From Patescibacteria group bacterium (GTDB lineage: Bacteria > Patescibacteriota > Minisyncoccia > Phycocordibacterales > JBHPGB01), in NCBI GenBank assembly GCA_042571085.1, contig JBHPGB010000003.1:6261-70260 (forward strand): DNA of 64,000 nt, given 5' to 3'. How positions within the stretch are numbered: the stretch's first letter is position 1; the number at the start of each line of letters is the position of its first letter. The translations under genes were made by a program, and so were the position numbers. The notes under the pieces are model-generated. The model saw only the letters and a list, made by a program, of their open reading frames with translations. It was not told the origin of the DNA and did not search any database. Shown one piece after another: positions 37,665-44,444 of this stretch.

Positions 37665-39092
37665 TTATACCTCAAGAACGAATACCATATTTGTACTACC
37701 TGGTTCTCCGAATGGAATTCCTGCAGATATAATAATCTTGTCCCCTTTTTTAACGGAACGGTTTCCCAAAGCGATTTTCTTTATATCATCAATAACATCA
37801 AGTACATGTGTAAAATCACCAATTAATTCAGAATAACATCCAAACAAAAGCGCTAATTGGTTTCTTACGTGTGGTTTGGGTGTAAGAGCTATGATTGGTT
37901 GTTTTGGCTTAAATCTCGATATCATTTTTGCAGTAGATCCAGATTCAGTAAGTGCAACAATTGCTTTTGCATCAACGTCTCGTGCGGTCAAAACAACAGC
38001 TCGAGTAACAGCATCAACAGTAGTATAAGGTTTTTCAGTAATACAGTTGATTTCTCTCAAGTTTGATACACTGTCTACTTTTTGTGCTATAGAGGTCATC
38101 ATCCGAATTGCTTCAACAGGATACTTACCAAGAGTTGTTTCTTCTGATAGCATCACAGCGTCTGTGCCATCTAAGATAGCATTAGCAACATCACTTACCT
38201 CAGCTCTTGTTGGTGTCGGTATATCAATCATTGATTCAAGCATTTGTGTTGCAACAATAACAGGCTTACCTATCAAATGACACTTTTTAATGATTCTTTT
38301 TTGAAGCATTGGTACATTTTGCGCTGGAACCTCAATCGCCAAATCCCCTCTTGCTACCATTATCCCATCAGCATGCTCAATGATAGAATCTAGATTATCT
38401 ATCGCTTCCATAGTTTCAATTTTTGCGATGATGTTTACATGCTCACTCTTGTGTTTTTTCAGTAATGATCGTAGTGTTTTGATATCTTTTAGATTACGAA
38501 CAAAAGAAAGGGCTACGAAGTCGACACCTTTACTTAATCCAAATGCGAGATCTTTTTTGTCCTTTGCTGTGACGGCGCTGATTTTTAAGTTTGCACCTGG
38601 TATATTAACTCCTCGACGACCTTTTGTTTCGCCACCAACGACCACCTTACACACGATTTCTTCCTTTGTTGTTTTTTCTATTTTTAGTTTCTTTTTACCA
38701 TCATCAAGAAGAATGAACACTCCTTTCTGTACTTGTGATGGAAGTTCTTTGTAATTGATATGTGCATTGTTTTCATCACCAATGATTTTGCGTGTAGTGA
38801 GTGTAAAAGTAGAACCTTTTTTAAGCACCACTTTTTCTTTGTAGAAATCACCTATGCGAATTTTAGGACCGGCAAGATCTTGCAGTACTGCAATCGGTTT
38901 GTTTAATTCCTTAGATATTTTTCTTGCAGTATTAATGCGCCCATTGTGTTCATTATGATTTCCATGAGAGAAATTAAGACGCACAACGTTCATACCTGCT
39001 TCAGCCATTTTTTTCATCGTATTTTCATTTTCGGAGACTGGTCCAATTGTTGCCACTATTTTTACATTCTTTGATAAAAACTTATTTTTCAT
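37665..39092 (-). CDS. pyk: Pyruvate kinase
   Basis: 475 aa; PK barrel and C-terminal domain; MVARGDLAIE motif. Confidence 0.9.
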   Translation of the reverse strand: MKNKFLSKNVKIVATIGPVSENENTMKKMAEAGMNVVRLNFSHGNHNEHNGRINTARKISKELNKPIAVLQDLAGPKIRIGDFYKEKVVLKKGSTFTLTTRKIIGDENNAHINYKELPSQVQKGVFILLDDGKKKLKIEKTTKEEIVCKVVVGGETKGRRGVNIPGANLKISAVTAKDKKDLAFGLSKGVDFVALSFVRNLKDIKTLRSLLKKHKSEHVNIIAKIETMEAIDNLDSIIEHADGIMVARGDLAIEVPAQNVPMLQKRIIKKCHLIGKPVIVATQMLESMIDIPTPTRAEVSDVANAILDGTDAVMLSEETTLGKYPVEAIRMMTSIAQKVDSVSNLREINCITEKPYTTVDAVTRAVVLTARDVDAKAIVALTESGSTAKMISRFKPKQPIIALTPKPHVRNQLALLFGCYSELIGDFTHVLDVIDDIKKIALGNRSVKKGDKIIISAGIPFGEPGSTNMVFVLEV

Positions 39093-39197
39093 AAACTATT
39101 ATTTGTTTGATTAATATAAAAAAATAAAAAGGCGCCATTGGCGTCATTTTTACTCCCCACTTGTTATTTGACTAACCTGGTGTTCATGTGCAAATCC

Positions 39198-39372
39198 GGG
39201 CGTGAAAAATGCCAGAGCAAGCTCCGACATTCTTCAGTGTAATCATTTAATTATTTCCCGGAGGAAACAGTTAAACAATTACTCCCCTAATATATCAATT
39301 TCTGAGATTTGCGCAAGCCCTATTTTCAATTGAGTATAAATATCAAAATATGTCAAATTGAGGTAAGTTTAG
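39198..39372 (+). repeat. Family-2 repeat, locus 3 (unit2 type only)
   Basis: Invariant 42-nt head plus a conserved tail TATATCAATTTCTGAGATT..GCGCAAG.CCTATTTTCAAT.GAGTATAAATAT. Confidence 0.65.
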
Positions 39373-39437
39373 TATAAAAAAATCGCACCAGTGACCCTTA
39401 CGGGTTTGGTGCGAGTATTCTGCTGAGTGTTTATACC

Positions 39438-40103
39438 TCAGCTTGTGACTTCTTGCATAATCATGTTTACAGCTTTTCTGATTACATCTTGAAGCTGATC
39501 AGATGTGATGTATGGTTCGTAATTATGCGGATAGACATCATTGATCGCTATTTGGCCACTAAACCCATCCAGGGTTATTGAGCTGATAACCCTATCACTA
39601 CTAGTATCCTTTATGTCAACACGAAAACAATCTGTGTCATCTTCTAACTTACTAATATACCCTTCCGCGCAGAACCCTTTATGAGACAATTCCTTCATAA
39701 ATTTTGGATTAAGTACTCGGGAAAGTATTTTAGTTGCAGCTTCGTCTCTGTGTTCATCTCTACGTGAAATCAAGCCCGTGGCACCATGCTCAGGCGCCCT
39801 AACCTTTTCCACACCTAGGAGTATTTCCTTGATGTGTTCAGGGTTCGCTGTGCTAAGGCCTCTCACATGATAAGTACGTCTCTGCGCGTCACCCAGATCA
39901 TTTGTATCTATGGCCATTTCCATGGCATCCTTTTCTTCACAGGGGATACAAATATCCGACACGTAATCCATCAAGGTTTTCAAACGCCGGAGGCTCAGTA
40001 CCCCGTTTTCACTCTTTAGCACAAGTGTCACACTTTGTAGTGGATGCAAACGGCCTATGCGAGATACAGTCCTATCAGTTATATTTTTCATACGTTCTCC
40101 CAA
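39438..40103 (-). CDS. Hypothetical protein (221 aa), GC-atypical (about 50% GC versus about 37% in neighbours)
   Basis: ORF; compositional anomaly counted directly (51 of 99 in a sampled stretch); no recognisable domain. Confidence 0.5.
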   Translation of the reverse strand: MGERMKNITDRTVSRIGRLHPLQSVTLVLKSENGVLSLRRLKTLMDYVSDICIPCEEKDAMEMAIDTNDLGDAQRRTYHVRGLSTANPEHIKEILLGVEKVRAPEHGATGLISRRDEHRDEAATKILSRVLNPKFMKELSHKGFCAEGYISKLEDDTDCFRVDIKDTSSDRVISSITLDGFSGQIAINDVYPHNYEPYITSDQLQDVIRKAVNMIMQEVTS

Positions 40104-40335
40104 TATCCAATGTTGTTTAAATTGTACTTTCCGGTGTCAATAATACTTCATAATGAGCCATTCGTCAAGTGTGTTTATCCATAAAACAGACTGTATTTTT
40201 TCAGCTCATTTTTTGATTCTGTGCAATCAGGCAAAATACATTCTACTAAGGCCCAAAAATTGCGTGAATGATTCATTTCTATCAAATGATACAATTCATG
40301 TACGATTATATAGTCTTGTAATTTTTATAAAAAAA

Positions 40336-40362
40336 CCGGCCATGTGGCCGGCTTTACTAGTT
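40336..40362 (-). terminator. Intrinsic terminator CCGGCC atgt GGCCGG with a T-run on the minus strand, after the 92-aa gene
   Basis: Hairpin plus TTTTTTT on the minus strand. Confidence 0.7.
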
Positions 40363-40381
40363 TATAGGTTGTGAGTGAAAT

Positions 40382-40660
40382 TCAGCTGAGTTCAGGTCTT
40401 GTGACATCCCAAGAGTCGATGTAAAGCTTGTCCTCATGTTGGTCAACCTCAAACGGAACACACTCCACAAGGTCCATGTTGATATCCTGCGAACATTTAA
40501 TAAGGTACTTTGATATCTCATCAGCCTCTTCAGGGGACGCTGCTTTAATACAAACCTGGATTTGGTCTATGTTAGTTGCCCGGGTTATTAGGGCGACCAG
40601 TGAATTTTGGGCTGTGTATAAAATGCTATGATATTGCGCTTTAAGCTCTCTTGCATTCAT
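40382..40660 (-). CDS. Hypothetical protein (92 aa), GC-elevated
   Basis: ORF with its own terminator. Confidence 0.45.
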   Translation of the reverse strand: MNARELKAQYHSILYTAQNSLVALITRATNIDQIQVCIKAASPEEADEISKYLIKCSQDINMDLVECVPFEVDQHEDKLYIDSWDVTRPELS

Positions 40661-40738
40661 CGCATACTCCTGATAGTTAGTTTAATTTAATCAAATTTCC
40701 ACTGTGATTCTACAAAACTAACTAGATATTGTCAATGT

Positions 40739-41725
40739 CTAGTCAAATATATAAAGTAGATATTCATCTAGCTCACGTTGAGAGAGGTCGTGGAAATGCT
40801 TCTCTTGATCATGAAGATCAGTGGCGAGTTTTATACCTACAAAACGCCAGTGCCACGGCTCAAATATGTAGTGTCCGTTTTTTTCTGGATAAGAAAGTGT
40901 AAAGCCAAATTTATGAGCATGCTCTTGCATCCATGTGTACGCTGCTGTATTTTCAAATCCGTCTAATCGCCCACCGAGACCTGTTGTAATAAAGTCGAGA
41001 GTTGTGCCTAATTGGTGTTCGGAATATCCTTGGTCTGCAGAGAATTGGTTTGCTGTGCCGGCACCATATGTAATCGTATAGTTTGATTTTAAGGTCTGCT
41101 GCTCTTCAAACGATCGGTATCCTGAAAGTATGTAGAGAACTACACCATCTCGCCCTGATGCAAGAAGGAGTCCTTGTAGGTATGGCCATACATGGGCATG
41201 CACAGAAACATCTCTCTCTTCGTAATATTTATACAGATTAGGGATAGGAAATACTTGTGGTGGTTCATAATTCTCATTTAAGAAAAATACTTTTGAGTAT
41301 TTTTGCAGAAGCTCTGGATCAAGGGTGGTTAATTTTTCAAGTGTGTCAACGGTGATATTTAACTCACCTATCTCCCTTTCTTTTAGTGCGACATTTTCTT
41401 TTTCTTGCACAAGGTGTGCGGTTGTTATTTTTAAGTTTGTTTGATATTTTGCGAGCTCTTTCTCGGTTTTTTTGAGGGTGATGTTTGTTCTGGTGTATCC
41501 TGCGCTTAAGATATTTTTTTCTTCTACCGTCGCCTGGTGTTCCTCTGAAAGTACGCTGTATTGATATGTCAGATTTCCAACACCAACACCAGTGCCGAGT
41601 AGCGCAACAAGTGTAAACAAATGTAACCAGTTTTTATTTATGAATACTCGCATATTAAACTCCCTCACTTCTTCCATAAGCTGAGCATATGATTTCCAAA
41701 TCTTTTCAAATATAGATTTTCTCAC
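40739..41725 (-). CDS. D-Ala-D-Ala carboxypeptidase VanY-like (peptidase M15B) with N-terminal TM and coiled coil
   Basis: 328 aa; SEHQLGTTLDF (SxHxxGxAxD) and the EPWHWR-type C-terminal motif. Confidence 0.7.
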   Translation of the reverse strand: MRKSIFEKIWKSYAQLMEEVREFNMRVFINKNWLHLFTLVALLGTGVGVGNLTYQYSVLSEEHQATVEEKNILSAGYTRTNITLKKTEKELAKYQTNLKITTAHLVQEKENVALKEREIGELNITVDTLEKLTTLDPELLQKYSKVFFLNENYEPPQVFPIPNLYKYYEERDVSVHAHVWPYLQGLLLASGRDGVVLYILSGYRSFEEQQTLKSNYTITYGAGTANQFSADQGYSEHQLGTTLDFITTGLGGRLDGFENTAAYTWMQEHAHKFGFTLSYPEKNGHYIFEPWHWRFVGIKLATDLHDQEKHFHDLSQRELDEYLLYIFD

Positions 41726-41813
41726 TCGTTTATTATAACAGATAATAAAAAACGGTTAACTTAAATCTCTTGCTCATTGCCAATAAATACCCTATACTAC
41801 ATACAAATTTCAT

Positions 41814-41885
41814 GGCCCTATCGTCTAACGGCTAGGACACAGGATTCTCATTCCTGCAATCGGGGTTCGATTCCCCGTAGGGTCA
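41814..41885 (+). tRNA. tRNA-Glu (anticodon CUC); CCA not encoded
   Basis: Acceptor GGCCCUA/UAGGGUC; D-arm GUCUAACGGCUAGGAC; anticodon loop UUCUCAU; T-arm CGGGG-UUCGAUU-CCCCG. Confidence 0.85.
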
Positions 41886-41892
41886 CCGACAA

Positions 41893-41921
41893 ATCTAAAA
41901 ACCGCCTCCTCGGCGGTTTTT
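41893..41921. terminator. Perfect palindromic terminator AAAAACCGCC tcct CGGCGGTTTTT after the tRNA
   Basis: 8-bp GC stem with A/T runs on both sides. Confidence 0.8.
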
Positions 41922-42019
41922 AGATTTTCAAGTGGTCATGTCAAGTAATTATTTGATATATCAAATCATGTGTTGTACAATCGAAACAGCTTAACAGAAC
42001 CTTGCTAAGGAGGTATATT

Positions 42020-42469
42020 GTGAGCAAATTGCACTTGTGGTTTTGTGGTCTGTTATTAATTATGTTTTTGCCAGCTACAGGAATGGCGGCGAACATGTTT
42101 TGTCTCAAAAATAATCCTGAAGGAGCACCTCCTGTTTTTATTCTAAGAAATTTGCCCTATATTATGTATCCCCCCGCTTTTGAAAATGATTATTATGCGT
42201 GTTCATGGAGTATATATGACTTAAAAGAAAGGATACACTCTGAAATTAAAAGAAAGCAGGAATCAAGGAGTGGTAGGTTTGAAGCGGCTCTTGCATTTGC
42301 TCTTGGAGAAGAGTTTGTTACAAATGGTGCGTTTACATCAGATTCAGACAGGATATTGGCACGGCAATATTTAACACACGCCAAAGTCCTGGCTTTGGAA
42401 TATGAGCCATTGCTGGTTAAAAAAATCGAGAGTGCAATCAGTAGATTGTCTACGTATACAGATAGATGA
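42020..42469 (+). CDS. Hypothetical secreted protein; GTG start with strong SD (AAGGAGG 6 nt upstream)
   Basis: Signal peptide VSKLHLWFCGLLLIMFLPATGMAA; the track ORF starts earlier at 42002, but the SD-GTG spacing favours 42020. Confidence 0.5.
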   Translation: MSKLHLWFCGLLLIMFLPATGMAANMFCLKNNPEGAPPVFILRNLPYIMYPPAFENDYYACSWSIYDLKERIHSEIKRKQESRSGRFEAALAFALGEEFVTNGAFTSDSDRILARQYLTHAKVLALEYEPLLVKKIESAISRLSTYTDR

Positions 42470-42491
42470 TTAAAGAAATTTGCCTCACTAA

Positions 42492-42522
42492 AAAACGGAC
42501 ACTGTTGTGTCCGTTTTTTTTA
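42492..42522. terminator. Bidirectional terminator AACGGACAC tgtt GTGTCCGTT with A/T runs
   Basis: Between convergent genes. Confidence 0.8.
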
Positions 42523-42840
42523 TTTTATTGCCGTGATCTTTACTTTTGCGAATGGTTGTCGGTGACCCAGCTTCTTTGAGTAGTTACTTTTTGATTTGAA
42601 TTTTATGATAGTAACTTTCTTATCTCGCCCTTCTTCTTCAAGGACCGCTTCTACTTTTGCTCCTGAAACGTGCGGTGTGCCGATCTTAGTATCTTTTCCA
42701 TCATCAACAAGAAGTACTTCATTAAAAGTAATTTTGGCTCCTACTTTATGTTCCTCTTTCAATTTCTCGATTTTAAGAGTATCACCTTCGGAAACCTTAT
42801 ATTGTTTTCCGCCTGTTTGTATTACTGCTATCTTTGTCAT
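42520..42840 (-). CDS. rplU: 50S ribosomal protein L21
   Basis: 106 aa; MTKIAVIQTGGKQYKVSEGDTLKIEKL. Confidence 0.9.
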   Translation of the reverse strand: MTKIAVIQTGGKQYKVSEGDTLKIEKLKEEHKVGAKITFNEVLLVDDGKDTKIGTPHVSGAKVEAVLEEEGRDKKVTIIKFKSKSNYSKKLGHRQPFAKVKITAIK

Positions 42841-42850
42841 AATGCGTCAT

Positions 42851-42878
42851 ATATTACACGAATTTTGTGAATAATCAA
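42851..42878 (-). promoter_or_regulatory. rplU promoter TTGATT-16-TAATAT (minus strand)
   Basis: Read on the minus strand, about 14 nt upstream of the ATG. Confidence 0.45.
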
Positions 42879-42904
42879 CCCCTCCACAGTCATTTTAAGT
42901 CACA

Positions 42905-42938
42905 TTAATTGGCTCAACTGTGCTGAGCCAATTAATAT
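42905..42938. repeat. GGCTCA-family palindromic hairpin ATTAATTGGCTCA actgtgc TGAGCCAATTAAT
   Basis: 13-bp perfect stem; shares the ATTAAT flanks with 10838..10870. Confidence 0.55.
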
Positions 42939-42965
42939 GGCTTAAAATATAGATATTTTTGAATT

Positions 42966-43155
42966 AAAAAGCCCCTCTCACATCCTGTGGAGGGGCCGCG
43001 CCGCTTTTATATGAGAGAACACCTTGTCGGGGAGTGAACCTCCCATTTAAGTGGCGATGAGGGTTTGGGTGTGATGGCTGGCACTCAAGATCCCTCGTGT
43101 GTCAGCACGATCTATCGCGATGGGCGGCCGCGGAGAGATCGTGGATTAACAATCC
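42966..43155 (-). ncRNA. Candidate about 190-nt GC-rich structured RNA, running from a TTGAAT-17-TATTAT promoter at 43162..43190 to the terminator hairpin GCCCCTC..GAGGGGC + T5 at 42966..42996
   Basis: About 60% GC island in an AT-rich genome; promoter and terminator both on the minus strand; no credible ORF. Confidence 0.4.
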
Positions 43156-43251
43156 ATTGTATAATATCCATATCCAAGACTGATTCAAGCCTTATCTTAC
43201 CATCCTTGTTTCGGGCGCAGGTGAATCCGTGTACTTTATCTGCATTGAATT

Positions 43252-44406
43252 TTAATCTTTCTCACTTGGTTTGTCAATTGCGATTGGTTCAAATTCTGTA
43301 CTTTCGCCTGTGATTTTAAGCATGTCTTTGTCTATCTTACCCAATTCTTTCTGCGCTTTGTCATAATGATTCACTGTTGTAGAAAGAGATTTGCCCACTT
43401 TCTCGAAATATTCATCATATGCCTTAAGGTGCTTTGTGAGTTGTCCGACTTGCTTCCCTATTTGCTTTGCAGACTCCTCAATTTTAAAGGCTTTGAAACC
43501 ATAAAGTACTGATTGGAGATATGCGGAAAATGTCGTCGGGGAAACAATGATTACATTTTTTTCATTGTATGCGTAATCAATGAGAGAGCGCGTGTTAACT
43601 TTAATCGCCCCAACCTCATTTACAATCAAATCATAATAAATACCTTCTGCAGGAATAAACATGAATGCGAACGGAAGTGTGTTTTCTTTCGGACGAATAT
43701 ATTTTGCGGTTTCATCTATGCGCTTTTTTAGATCATTTCTGAATTCTTTTTCAAGTATTGTTTTTTTGTCTTCGTCTGTTTCATTAATAATTCTATTGTA
43801 ATTATCAAGTGAGAATTTTGCGTCCACTGGGATAATTCCTTCTTTTGTTATTATTACAGCATCGACTTGATCACCCCCTTCAAAAAGATATTGCATTTTG
43901 TATGCATCTGGTGGAAGTATATTTTCAAGTGATAATTTTAAACTAGCTTCACCTAAATTACCGCGTTGTTTTTGGTGTTTTAAAACTTTTTCAAGATTAC
44001 TCAGCTGGTCTGCAATTGTAAAAACCTGCTTGCTACTCTCCCCAACCTCAGCAACTTCCTTTTTGACATTTATTAATTGCTCGGTCACCTGTTTATTAAT
44101 ATCTTGTACTAGCTTTTGTGACTCTGAGAATTGTGATTTTACAGCAGATTGCATTTCTTTTTGCGATTCACCAAGTTTTGAGTCCATACTGCGTGCCAAA
44201 TTTTCCAATTGGTTTTGGAGCAACATGAAGCTTTGGTCGTTCTCGTTTCCTTTAGGTTCTTCTTTTTTATTTAACACTCTCCAAAAAGCGATTCCGCCGA
44301 TAATAACGACTGCGAATAGTACCAATATTAATATCAAAAGTAATTGTTCCATGCGTGAATTATAGCGTGCTTGCGCCTTTTGACCAAATAAATTACCCTG
44401 CTGCAA
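43252..44406 (-). CDS. rmuC: DNA recombination protein RmuC
   Basis: 384 aa; N-terminal TM, coiled coil, C-terminal RmuC domain (FAFMFIPAEGIYYDL). Confidence 0.8.
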   Translation of the reverse strand: MQQGNLFGQKAQARYNSRMEQLLLILILVLFAVVIIGGIAFWRVLNKKEEPKGNENDQSFMLLQNQLENLARSMDSKLGESQKEMQSAVKSQFSESQKLVQDINKQVTEQLINVKKEVAEVGESSKQVFTIADQLSNLEKVLKHQKQRGNLGEASLKLSLENILPPDAYKMQYLFEGGDQVDAVIITKEGIIPVDAKFSLDNYNRIINETDEDKKTILEKEFRNDLKKRIDETAKYIRPKENTLPFAFMFIPAEGIYYDLIVNEVGAIKVNTRSLIDYAYNEKNVIIVSPTTFSAYLQSVLYGFKAFKIEESAKQIGKQVGQLTKHLKAYDEYFEKVGKSLSTTVNHYDKAQKELGKIDKDMLKITGESTEFEPIAIDKPSEKD

Positions 44407-44444
44407 GCAGACGGGGTTTTTCCAAGCACGACAATAAAAATATA

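Noticed and set aside
39125-39155. Terminator upstream of pyk (AAAAAGGCGCCATTGGCGTCATTTTT)
   Set aside because: The stem is short and imperfect, so only a weak hairpin. Not listed as a feature.
34742-39372. Possible CRISPR array, because of the repeated 42-nt heads
   Set aside because: The repeats are about 171 bp apart within a locus and kilobases apart between loci, and whole genes lie between them. Their lengths (175-315 bp) and the lack of a uniform short repeat/spacer periodicity rule out CRISPR.
41814-41885. Similarity between the TIR (TCTCTAACGGGA) and the tRNA-Glu D-loop (TCTAACGGCTAGG), suggesting a tRNA-derived SINE
   Set aside because: Only an 8-nt match. No other tRNA-like segments (T-arm, anticodon arm) are present in the elements.
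42966-43155. Identification of the GC-rich RNA as SRP RNA, RNase P RNA, tmRNA or 6S
   Set aside because: Hallmark motifs were not found on either strand: GGAAGCAGCC-type SRP domain IV, GGAAAGUCCGG RNase P P4, and the tmRNA tRNA-like ends. 6S cannot be excluded by sequence alone, but I could not see a convincing long closing stem.
43065-43313. 82-aa ORF overlapping the GC-rich island
   Set aside because: Arg/Pro-rich translation of GC-rich non-coding sequence with no start context. The region is better explained as an RNA.
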